Of a stretch of 64,000 nt of DNA, positions 1 through 9,565 are shown piece by piece. This DNA is from an uncultured Gemmatimonadota bacterium. GTDB lineage: Bacteria > Gemmatimonadota > Gemmatimonadetes > Palauibacterales > KS3-K002. The stretch covers positions 5,128-69,127 of the forward strand of contig CAYGCC010000074.1 in assembly GCA_964348165.1 (NCBI GenBank). The letters are read 5' to 3'. Numbering within the stretch: the stretch's first letter is position 1; every line of letters starts with the position of its first letter. The notes under the pieces were generated by a model. The model ran no database searches, was not told the DNA's origin, and saw nothing but the letters and a program-made list of their open reading frames with translations. The position numbers and the translations under genes were made by a program.

Positions 1-1137
<1,137 letters not shown>

Positions 1138-1141
<4 letters not shown>

Positions 1142-2676
1142 GACCGGCTTCCACTGTTGGCTTCGGCTGGACGGCCGTGGCGCTAGCGGCGCTCGCCGTG
1201 CCGGGCTGCGGCGACGTAGAGCGCGGAGCCCAGCGCGCGTCCTACCGCGAACCGGTGGCGCGGTTGGAGCCGGCGTCGATCCGCGAGGCGCCCACTTCCC
1301 AGACGGTCGCGCTGCGGCCCGAGTACCGCCTGCGCCTCGACCCTTCGGCTCACACCGTCGCGGTCCGGCTCGAGATCGATGTGCCGCGCGCGGACTCGGT
1401 TTATCTCCGCTTTCGGGTCGATTGGGGTGGTTACCCCGGCCTGGCGGAGCGGGTACGGCGCTTACAGGCGTTCGCGGCGAGCGGCGGCCTGAGCGTTGCG
1501 CCGGTGACTGGGGAAGCGGGTTCGGGGCACCACGTCATCGCGGTCGATCGCCCGGGGCGAGTCACGATCATCTACGAAGCGCGGCTCACGCCGCCGGCGG
1601 ATTCGCGCCTTTATCATCGCGCCTCTCAACTCGCGGAAGAGGGCGGCCATCTGCTGACCGGCGATCTGCTGCCGTTTGTCTCTCTTGGCAGCCCCGACGG
1701 CGGCTGGCGCCAGGGCGCCACCATCTGGTTCAGCGGGCTCCCATCGAATTGGCGAGTCAACAGCGTCGAGCGCCGTTCCGGGACGGGATACGATGTGGAG
1801 GACACGCAGGGCGCCGTCTTCGTCGTCGGGCCCTCGCGCACGCGGCGCGCTCACATGGGGCCACGCTCCGTAACCGTGGCCATTCAGGGACGTTGGCCCG
1901 TCCCCGATGAGCGCCTGTTCGACGCTGTCGAGCGCTTGGCCGGAAGCCTGCACCGCATCGCCGGCGCCGGCTGGCCGTCCGGTGACCATCTGATCGGGGT
2001 GGGACGCGCGCCGGTGGCCGTGCAGGGTCTCACCACCGGCGGCCAGGTCCTCGGGCCCGCCGGTTTGATATATCTGGGAGGCGACCCGCAGCCGGAGGCA
2101 GCGATGGCCGCCTGGCTGCGCACGGCGTCCCACGAGCTGATGCACTGGTATATCCCCACCGGCTTCCGCTTTGCCGACGCGTCGCCCTCCTGGTTCGCCG
2201 AGGGCTTCACCGACTACATGTCGCTGAAGGCGCTATTGGCCGGCGGCCTCATCGAGCCGCAGGCGTTTCTCGATGAGATCGGCCAGCGGCTGCAGCGCTA
2301 CCGGGCCAACCCGCTTTATGGGCAGCTTTCGCTGCCCGAGGCCCAGACCGACTTCTGGGAGGACGACGCTTACCGCTTCATCTATGACGGAGGCGCCAGC
2401 GCGGCCTTCCTCCTCGACCTAGGATTTCAGGATCGGGGTGGATCGCTGGAACGGGTGCTCCGCCAGCTGCAGCGGGTCGCGCCGCTCACGACGGATACGA
2501 TACAAACGGCCCTTGCCGGGATACCCGAGAACGAATGGATCGTGGAATGGTTGCGGAGGGGCGCCAATCCCGACTGGGACGCGCGCTTGTCCAAGTACCG
2601 ACTGAACTGGAGCGGTCGAAGGCTGGTGAGTCAGGATGATTGGGCGACGAACGCATTGGCATCGATTCGTCCCTAG
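1138..2676 (+). CDS. Gluzincin-type zinc metallopeptidase lipoprotein (HEXXH-18-E, M1/M61-like)
   Basis: The ATG at 1138 overlaps the kinase stop (ATGA). Lipobox-like signal ALAALAVPGCG. HELMH followed 19 residues later by FAEGFTDY gives the third zinc ligand Glu. Confidence 0.6.
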
Positions 2677-4894
2677 CGCCGCGCCCTGGGTCGGGTCGGG
2701 ACACGCTGTCCGGAGCCTGACCCCGCTGCTGGCGCTGCTCATCCTCACTGCGGTTGAAGCGTTGAGCCAGGACATCCTCGAGTTGGCTCGATCCCGCCAT
2801 CGGCAGGGCGATACCACGCTGTCCGATTATCGCTCGCGCCTCAACACCTTGGTGAGCTTCGGGTTCGTCACCGACCCGCTCGCCCCCGCGAAGCTGCTGG
2901 TCGCCAGCGAGCTGGCGTCAGAGCTGGCCTGGCAGCGCGAGGGCGGCATGCAGGTGCGGATGCTGGGCCAGCGCTATGTCACCTCTTTCGGGTCCGATTT
3001 CGAAGCCGGCCTCGACTTCGACGAGCCCTGGTTCGTGGCGACCGCGCCGGGTGACAGCCTCCGCCTGCTGGGCGGGATCGAGATCCCGGCCCGCGCCGCC
3101 GTCCACCCCTTCGCCGTGGGCGCCGAGCGCTATTACCGCTACGCCATCGGCGACACCGTCACGCTCCTGACACCCGGTCGGCAGGTCGACCTGGTTGAGA
3201 TCCGGGTGACGCCAACGCGTGGTGACCAGGCGCTGGTCGTCGGATCGTTTTGGGTGCATGATGCGAGCGGTGAAGTCGGCGCCCTGCAGATCCGCTTCGT
3301 CGGTAAGCCGCTTTGGGCCAGCGAGGACCACCCCGACGGCTCGGCCTGGGCCAACCGCATCCTGTCGGTCTCCGCTACGGTCCAACAGGGGCTGTGGGAG
3401 CAACGCCACTGGCTGCCGCACCGCCAGGAAGTGGAGCTGATGGTGCGTGTCCCCTTCATCGGGCGCTTCGCGGTGCCGGTCGTCTTCCGCAGCGAGTTCG
3501 GTCGTTACACGATCAACACGGGAGAGCCGATCGCCTGGCTCAGCCCGGATTCGCTCCGTCTGCCGTGGGCGGGAGGTGAAAGCCAAGGCGAGGAGGCGGC
3601 GGCTACGTTGCCCGTGCAGGCCGGCGGAAAGGCCGAGCCGGTCGAGAGCGCTGAGGAGCGGCGCGGCCGGCGGCGCCGGCGCAGCTTTCCCGAGCGCGAC
3701 CAGCTGCAGGTGAGGGCGGGCCATCGCCAGGGCGGCTGGGAGATCATTCGACCGCCTGACGACTCGCTGGCCGCTTACGCCGGCTGGGACCGGCCGCTCG
3801 ACGCGCCGGCCTCCGAGCTGACGCTTCCCACGACGGCCGAGCTGGAGCGACGCGCTCGGCAGCTCGCACCGCAGATCGTCGGTGGAAAGATGTTCGCGAT
3901 CCAGTACGATCGCCTGCCCGAGCTGATCCGTTACAACCGCGTCGAGTCGCTGGGGATTGGACTGGCCGCGCGTTGGGACATCCCACGGCGCGCCTTCTGG
4001 TCGCTGGGCGGCGGAGTCGGCTTCGGCTTCGCCGACCTCGAGCCGAAGGGACGGCTGGACCTGCGCTACGACGCGCCCGGCACCCGGGCCCAGCTGACCG
4101 GCTACAGCGAGCTGCACCTGGCCGGCTCGGCGCTGACCGACGACCGCCGCGCCTACGGCGACCCGCTACGCGCCTTCTTCCTGGGGCGCGACGACGCCGA
4201 CTACTATCGGGGGAGCGGCGTGGCGTTGAGCGTCGGGCGGCGCTGGGGTCGGGTGGCCGGCCGGCTGGGGCTGGCGTTCGAGGATCAGCAGTCGGTGGAG
4301 CGCAACACGCAGGTGGCGATACCCGACATCTGGGAGGATTCGGTCTTCCGCCTCAACCCAGCGGCGGACGAGGGGACGTTCTGGCGCGGGGAGATCGAGT
4401 CCACCATATACCTGGGTGATTGGTCGCGGCCGACCGACCGCGGCGAGCTGCGGCTGGGTGCGGAGTTGGGGAGCGGAGCCGAAACGTTCGATTACGTGCA
4501 GCCGCGGGCCCGATTCGAGGGCCGCTTCGACCCCGGCGGACGGGTGGCGATCGCCTTCAGCGCCAGCGCCGGCTGGACGGGCGGCCAGGTGCCGGCGCAG
4601 CGTGAGTGGCGGCTGGGCGGCCTGAACACGGTGCGCGGGTTCGAGCACGGGGCCCGGCGCGGCGATTCCTACTGGAGCGCGCGGTTCGAGGCGAGCCCGC
4701 GGCGCAAAGCGATCACGCCGGTGGTCTTTGCCGACGTCGGTTGGGCCGGATCCACCGACGATTGGCCCGGCGGCGACGCGATCTGGTCGGTGGGAGCGGG
4801 CGCCAGCTTGCTGTGGGGAATCCTCCGCGCCGATCTCGTCTTCCCCGAGCTGGACGAAGTGTGGTTCGAGCTTTACTTCGGGGGCGCGCTCTAG
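2636..4894 (+). CDS. Hypothetical secreted/outer-membrane protein with an Omp85-like C-terminal beta-barrel module (start uncertain)
   Basis: Signal-like LTPLLALLILTAVEALSQ. The C-terminal half carries YNRVESL, DDADYYRGSG and LGGLNTVRGFEHG motifs shared with the 6684..8372 paralog and reminiscent of the surface antigen D15 barrel. Confidence 0.5.
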   Translation: MIGRRTHWHRFVPSAAPWVGSGHAVRSLTPLLALLILTAVEALSQDILELARSRHRQGDTTLSDYRSRLNTLVSFGFVTDPLAPAKLLVASELASELAWQREGGMQVRMLGQRYVTSFGSDFEAGLDFDEPWFVATAPGDSLRLLGGIEIPARAAVHPFAVGAERYYRYAIGDTVTLLTPGRQVDLVEIRVTPTRGDQALVVGSFWVHDASGEVGALQIRFVGKPLWASEDHPDGSAWANRILSVSATVQQGLWEQRHWLPHRQEVELMVRVPFIGRFAVPVVFRSEFGRYTINTGEPIAWLSPDSLRLPWAGGESQGEEAAATLPVQAGGKAEPVESAEERRGRRRRRSFPERDQLQVRAGHRQGGWEIIRPPDDSLAAYAGWDRPLDAPASELTLPTTAELERRARQLAPQIVGGKMFAIQYDRLPELIRYNRVESLGIGLAARWDIPRRAFWSLGGGVGFGFADLEPKGRLDLRYDAPGTRAQLTGYSELHLAGSALTDDRRAYGDPLRAFFLGRDDADYYRGSGVALSVGRRWGRVAGRLGLAFEDQQSVERNTQVAIPDIWEDSVFRLNPAADEGTFWRGEIESTIYLGDWSRPTDRGELRLGAELGSGAETFDYVQPRARFEGRFDPGGRVAIAFSASAGWTGGQVPAQREWRLGGLNTVRGFEHGARRGDSYWSARFEASPRRKAITPVVFADVGWAGSTDDWPGGDAIWSVGAGASLLWGILRADLVFPELDEVWFELYFGGAL

Positions 4895-5151
4895 GATCGG
4901 TGGCGTCAGCCACCGTGTGACTCCGCTCGTCCAGAAGTCGCCGAATGGTTGCCGGTGGTCGTCGAGGAGTTAGGCAAGTTCTGATAGACTAGCGAGACGC
5001 TGCGGGGGGAGGTGCCGGGGGTCCTCCGAGCGTAACTCGAGAGCGGGCCCGCTGGAACGGTCCACCCGGGCCGATCCCGACCCGCGAACGGTGAAGCGGG
5101 AGGGCCCCCGGGACCTCCCCCCACCACCAGACACCGGCAGTTGGAAGAAAC

Positions 5152-6519
5152 GTGACACACATCCTCATAGTTGACGACGAAGGCAACATCCGGCGGATGA
5201 TCGCCAGCCTGCTCGGCGCCGAGGGCTACACCACCAGCGAGGCCGAGTCGGCTGAGGCGGGCATCAAGCGGATGTCCGCCGAGGAGCCTGACGCCGTGCT
5301 CCTCGACCTGGCGCTGCCCGGCATGAGCGGGCTCGAGGCGCTGGAGAAGATCGCCGAGGGCTGGCCTGAGGTGCCGGTCGTGATGATGAGCGGTCAGGCC
5401 ACGTTGGGCGACGCCGTTCAGGCGACGCGGCTAGGCGCGTTTCAGTTTCTCGAGAAGCCGCTCACACCCGAGGCCGTGTTGATCACGCTCAAGTCGGCGT
5501 TGGAGCTTCGACGTCAGCGCGACCTCAACCGCGCCCTCAAGCAGGAGCTCGAGCCCGGGCAGGAGCTGGTCGGTAAGAGCGCCGCGATCGAGGAGGTCCG
5601 CGCGCTGATTCGAAGGGTCGCGCCCACCGACTCGCGGGTCCTGGTTACCGGCGAGAGCGGGACGGGCAAAGAGCTGGTGGCGGGGGCCATCCACGCGCTG
5701 TCGAAGCGGGTCCGCGGACCGTTCGTGCGCATCAATTGCGCGGCGATTCCCCGTGAGCTGATCGAAAGCGAGATGTTCGGCCATGAGAAGGGTGCGTTCA
5801 CCGGAGCGACTCGCCAGCGGCGCGGCAAGTTCGAGCTGGCGGACGGTGGCACACTGTTCCTCGACGAGGTGGGCGACCTGAGCGCCGAGGCGCAGGCCAA
5901 GCTGCTGCGGTCCATCGAGGCGGGCGAGATCGAGCGCGTCGGGGGAGGCGAGCTGATCCCGGTGGACGTGCGTGCGGTCGCCGCCACCAACCACGACCTC
6001 GAGGCCGAGGTGGAGGCGGGCCGCTTCCGCGAGGACCTCTTCTTCCGCCTGCACGTAATGCCGATCCACATCGCGCCGCTTCGGGAGCGGGTGGAAGACA
6101 TCCCGCTGCTCGTCGCTCACTTCTACGAGCGCTATCGCCAACGACATGGTCTACGGCCGCCCACGCTGACCGACGACGCGCTGGCGGCGCTCGTCGCCTA
6201 CGATTGGCCGGGCAACGTCCGCGAGCTGGGCAACGCCGTCGAGCGCCTGATGATCCTCTATCCAGAGCGCCCGGTTGGCGCGGCAGAGATCGCCGGCGTC
6301 TTGCCCAGCGCACGGCGCGGCGAGCCGGTCCCGGTTGGCGACGGCGGCTCGCTGTCGGAGAAGCTGGAAGCCTATGAGCGCCGGCTGATTCAGGGCGCCC
6401 TCAGCGCCGCCGACGGCAACATCGCCGAGGCGGCGCGGCGACTGAGCACCGATCGGCCCAACCTTTACCGGCGGATGAAGCGTCTGGGGCTACGGCGCGA
6501 AGCGGCGGACGAGCGCTGA
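5152..6519 (+). CDS. Sigma54-dependent response regulator, NtrC/Fis family (REC + AAA+ sigma54 activation + HTH)
   Basis: N-terminal receiver with D54-like LLDLALPGMSG, Walker A GESGTGKE, GAFTGA motif, and a C-terminal Fis-type HTH NIAEAARRLSTDRPNLYRRMKRLG. Confidence 0.9.
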   Translation: MTHILIVDDEGNIRRMIASLLGAEGYTTSEAESAEAGIKRMSAEEPDAVLLDLALPGMSGLEALEKIAEGWPEVPVVMMSGQATLGDAVQATRLGAFQFLEKPLTPEAVLITLKSALELRRQRDLNRALKQELEPGQELVGKSAAIEEVRALIRRVAPTDSRVLVTGESGTGKELVAGAIHALSKRVRGPFVRINCAAIPRELIESEMFGHEKGAFTGATRQRRGKFELADGGTLFLDEVGDLSAEAQAKLLRSIEAGEIERVGGGELIPVDVRAVAATNHDLEAEVEAGRFREDLFFRLHVMPIHIAPLRERVEDIPLLVAHFYERYRQRHGLRPPTLTDDALAALVAYDWPGNVRELGNAVERLMILYPERPVGAAEIAGVLPSARRGEPVPVGDGGSLSEKLEAYERRLIQGALSAADGNIAEAARRLSTDRPNLYRRMKRLGLRREAADER

Positions 6520-6623
6520 CCGCCTGTGCGGCATCCGCACACCCAGCGTGGCCGATTGACACGATGGGCCAACACCGGCGGTCGAGAAGCCGCATGAAAC
6601 CGTCGCGCGCGGCCGCGCACCCA

Positions 6624-6639
6624 CGGCACCCGGTTTGCC
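6624..6639 (+). promoter_or_regulatory. Sigma54 (-24/-12) promoter candidate cGGCACccggtTTGCc
   Basis: GG and GC elements are 12 nt apart, matching TGGCAC-N5-TTGC. It lies about 45 bp upstream of the ATG at 6684, directly downstream of the sigma54 activator gene. A GGAGGA Shine-Dalgarno sits at 6672-6677. Confidence 0.5.
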
Positions 6640-6683
6640 TCCGAGCGGGCGGAGGACACAGTTTGCCTGTGGGAGGAGCAAGT

Positions 6684-8372
6684 ATGAGAGGCGCGCTACC
6701 TCTACTCGTCGCAGTCGCCCTTACCTTCAGCGCCACGCTCGATATCGCCGCGCAGGACACCGTCACCGTCGGTGTGCGCCAGCCGCTGGCCCAAGGCGCG
6801 GAGCTGCCGCGGCGCGTGGCCGACCAGCTGGTGGAGTTCTACAACCGCCCCACCACGCTCCGCTTCAGCGGCCGCACGCGAATCCCCGAGGGCCGCACCG
6901 TCGAGGGCGACGTGGCCATCCTGGGAGGGCCGGTCGAACTAGCCGGGGTGATCGCCGGTGATCTGGTGGTGCTGAACGGCGACATCACGCTCCGCGAAGG
7001 TGCCCATGTCCAGGGCGATCTCACCGTCGTGGGCGGCATCACCATCGGCGCCGAGGATGGGCGCGTCGACGGTTTCATGACGACCTACCCGGCCGTCTTC
7101 CGCTACCGCCGCACCGAAGAGGGGATTGCCTACGCCGGCTCGCAGCGGCCCGAGCCGATCCGGCCCCGGCGCCGGCGCCTGGACCTGCCACGCTGGACGC
7201 TGGGAGAGAGCGAGATCTACGTCTCCGCCCGACCGTACAACCGCGTCGAGGCGCTGCCGATTGCCATCGGCCCTCGCATCACCACGGGCGGCCGCAACCC
7301 CCTACGCATCGATGCCCTGCTGATCTATCGGACAGAGGCGGGCTTCGATCCCGATGAGAACGACGCCGGCTACCAGGTGCGGCTGCGCCAGTGGTTGGGC
7401 GGCCGCCGCGCCATCTGGATCGAAGGGGGCGTGCATTCGATCATCGACCCCGTCGAGGACTGGAAGCTCACGAACCTGGAGAACTCGCTGGCATTGTTGC
7501 TCTTCCGGCGCGATTACCGCGATTACTACGAGCGACAAGGCTTTTTTGGCGGTGTCGGCTGGCGGGCAACTCCCAGCTTGACCGGCTCGCTCGAATTCCG
7601 GATCGAGGATCACAACGCGGTGTCGGCCCGCAGCCCCTGGACCATCTTCTTCAACACCGACGACCGCTTCCGGGCGAACGCCGCGGCGGATGGCGGCGAC
7701 CTGGAGAGCCTGGTCCTTACCCTTGGGCTCGACACGCGCAACGATCGGGACGAGCCCTGGTCCGGCTGGTTCGGTAAGTTGCGCCTCGAGCAGGCCGTCG
7801 GCGGCCGGCTGTCGGAACGAGACCCGGACTTCACCCACTTCTTCCTCGACCTCAGGCGCTACAACCGCGTGAGCCGTACCTCCGTGCTGGCGCTGCGGGC
7901 GGTGACCGGGGGACGCGCCGGCGGCGGCTTCCTGCCGTCCCAGCGGCAGCATGTGCTCGGTGGCGCGGGGTCGCTTCCCGGCTACAACCAGCTTCAGTTC
8001 GACTGCGGCGCCCGCGCCCGCACATCGTTCGGCACGGTCCCCGACTACGGCTGCGAGCGCTTCGCCCTATTCCAGGCGGAGTACCGCAGTGGGCTCGACT
8101 TCCATTTCCACTGGGACTACGATCAGGGGCCGGAGGATTTCTACGGCGACGTCTTCAGCGCGGACTTCGATCCCACGATCGTCCTGTTCTATAATGCGGG
8201 CGCGGCCTGGGACACGCGCGACGGTTTTTTGGACCATCTGACGGATAGCGATAACTGGTTAGCGGATATCGGCGGCGGTATCGAGCTGGGCGGCCTCGGC
8301 TTTTACACTGCTTACCCTCTGACCGGATCCGGGGGATTCAACTTCATCGTGCGTCTTTCCGCCAGATTCTAA
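6684..8372 (+). CDS. Outer-membrane protein with N-terminal bactofilin-like beta-helix and Omp85-like C-terminal barrel
   Basis: Signal peptide MRGALPLLVAVALTFSATLDIAAQ. Repeats GDVAILGGPVELAGVIAGDLVVLNGDITLREGAHVQGDLTVVGGITIG. C-terminal barrel ending ...FNFIVRLSARF (terminal Phe), with YNRVEAL and DYRDYYERQG motifs shared with the 2636..4894 paralog. Confidence 0.6.
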   Translation: MRGALPLLVAVALTFSATLDIAAQDTVTVGVRQPLAQGAELPRRVADQLVEFYNRPTTLRFSGRTRIPEGRTVEGDVAILGGPVELAGVIAGDLVVLNGDITLREGAHVQGDLTVVGGITIGAEDGRVDGFMTTYPAVFRYRRTEEGIAYAGSQRPEPIRPRRRRLDLPRWTLGESEIYVSARPYNRVEALPIAIGPRITTGGRNPLRIDALLIYRTEAGFDPDENDAGYQVRLRQWLGGRRAIWIEGGVHSIIDPVEDWKLTNLENSLALLLFRRDYRDYYERQGFFGGVGWRATPSLTGSLEFRIEDHNAVSARSPWTIFFNTDDRFRANAAADGGDLESLVLTLGLDTRNDRDEPWSGWFGKLRLEQAVGGRLSERDPDFTHFFLDLRRYNRVSRTSVLALRAVTGGRAGGGFLPSQRQHVLGGAGSLPGYNQLQFDCGARARTSFGTVPDYGCERFALFQAEYRSGLDFHFHWDYDQGPEDFYGDVFSADFDPTIVLFYNAGAAWDTRDGFLDHLTDSDNWLADIGGGIELGGLGFYTAYPLTGSGGFNFIVRLSARF

Positions 8373-8389
8373 TCGCGGTTGGCCTGGCC

Positions 8390-8989
8390 GTGGCCTCGGC
8401 CGTCTCCCAACCCTCGGCGGCCCAACAGGCGCCTCAGCTTCTCCTATCGCCCGGCACGTCGGAGAACGGCTGGCGGGCGGCCCTCCGGCCCGTGGCTCTG
8501 CTGTCCGACTCGGCGCTCATTCGACCGCTCGTCTCCGGCCTCCCCCTCCGCTTTCACTTCCAGCTCGAGCTCTGGCATGACCGCTTTCTGTTCGACGGGC
8601 TCGTAGACCGGGCAAGCTGGACGCTGTTTCTCTACCAGGAGCCGCTGTCCGGCGACTACAGCCTCACCCGCTCCTGGGAACCGGAACGCGACGAGTGGTT
8701 TCCCACCCTGGGCGCGGCGGCGCGGGCGCTGGAGCGTTGGTACCTGGCGCCGATCCCCGGACCCGAGCCCAGCAGCGGCCGTTACTACTACGAGGCGCGG
8801 CTGGAGGTCGAGATCCTCTCGCTGGGCGACCTGGACGAGCTGGAGCACTGGCTGCGCGGCGAGGTCGGCGAGGATGAGGGCGATGTGGGGGGCGCGGTCG
8901 CCCGCGGGTTCAAGCGGCTGTTCATCCGCCTCATCGGCCTCTCGGCCCGCAAGTACGAGGCGCGCACCGAGCTGTTCCAACCTCGCTGA
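8390..8989 (+). CDS. Hypothetical protein (DUF-like, about 199 aa), probably co-transcribed with the upstream outer-membrane protein gene
   Basis: Open frame with high GC3, starting 18 nt after the upstream stop. No motif recognised. Confidence 0.45.
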   Translation: MASAVSQPSAAQQAPQLLLSPGTSENGWRAALRPVALLSDSALIRPLVSGLPLRFHFQLELWHDRFLFDGLVDRASWTLFLYQEPLSGDYSLTRSWEPERDEWFPTLGAAARALERWYLAPIPGPEPSSGRYYYEARLEVEILSLGDLDELEHWLRGEVGEDEGDVGGAVARGFKRLFIRLIGLSARKYEARTELFQPR

Positions 8990-9203
8990 CCCCGCCACCC
9001 GGCCACCCTCGACAGCGAGGGGGCCGCCGGATAAGTTATTCAGTTACAAGATTTTTTGAACCATCGGCTGCCCATCGAACGCCGGTGCGACAGAGCCAGA
9101 AAGGGGCTTCCGGGAGGGCCACACCGCCGCCCGTCGGCCCTTTTTGATTTTCTCGCGAATCGACAACCCGCGAGAATCAGAGCCTCGAGGAGGTGAATAA
9201 TAG

Positions 9204-9401
9204 ATGGTCAAAGTCATCGTCCACGAGAACGACGACCTCGAGCGCGCGCTCCGAAAGTTCAAGCGCAAGATGATCCGCTCGGGCCTCTTCCGTGACATGA
9301 AGAGAAAGCGGTACTACGAGAAGCCGAGCGAAGTAAAGCGGCGCAAGGCGCGGGCGAACGAACGTCGGCGCCGGCGTGCCCAGCGCGCGAGGCGCCCGTG
9401 A
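9204..9401 (+). CDS. rpsU: 30S ribosomal protein S21
   Basis: MVKVIVHENDDLERALRKFKRKMIRSGLFRDMKRKRYYEKPSEVKRRKARANERRRRR is typical bS21. A strong Shine-Dalgarno GGAGGTG lies 8 nt upstream. Confidence 0.9.
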   Translation: MVKVIVHENDDLERALRKFKRKMIRSGLFRDMKRKRYYEKPSEVKRRKARANERRRRRAQRARRP

Positions 9402-9408
9402 ACCCGAC

Positions 9409-9447
9409 GGGCCAGCCGCCGGCTGCCGGTGGGCTGGCCCTTCTCTT
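9409..9447 (+). terminator. Rho-independent terminator candidate after rpsU
   Basis: GGGCCAGCC-N14-GGCTGGCCC stem followed by TTCTCTT. Confidence 0.4.
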
Positions 9448-9565
9448 AATCTGCCATACGAATCGGTTGGCCCGCGACCGCAAGCACTGCTAGCTTCCTC
9501 CGACTCAGAACGGGCCCGATTCACAAACCGATCTCGCTTCAGCCTATAACCCGAGGTGTTCACAT

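Noticed and set aside
5431-6313. Three antisense ORFs (171-238 aa) inside the sigma54 activator gene
   Set aside because: They are Arg/Pro/Ala-rich translations typical of the antisense of GC-rich genes. The sense strand carries unambiguous AAA+ motifs.
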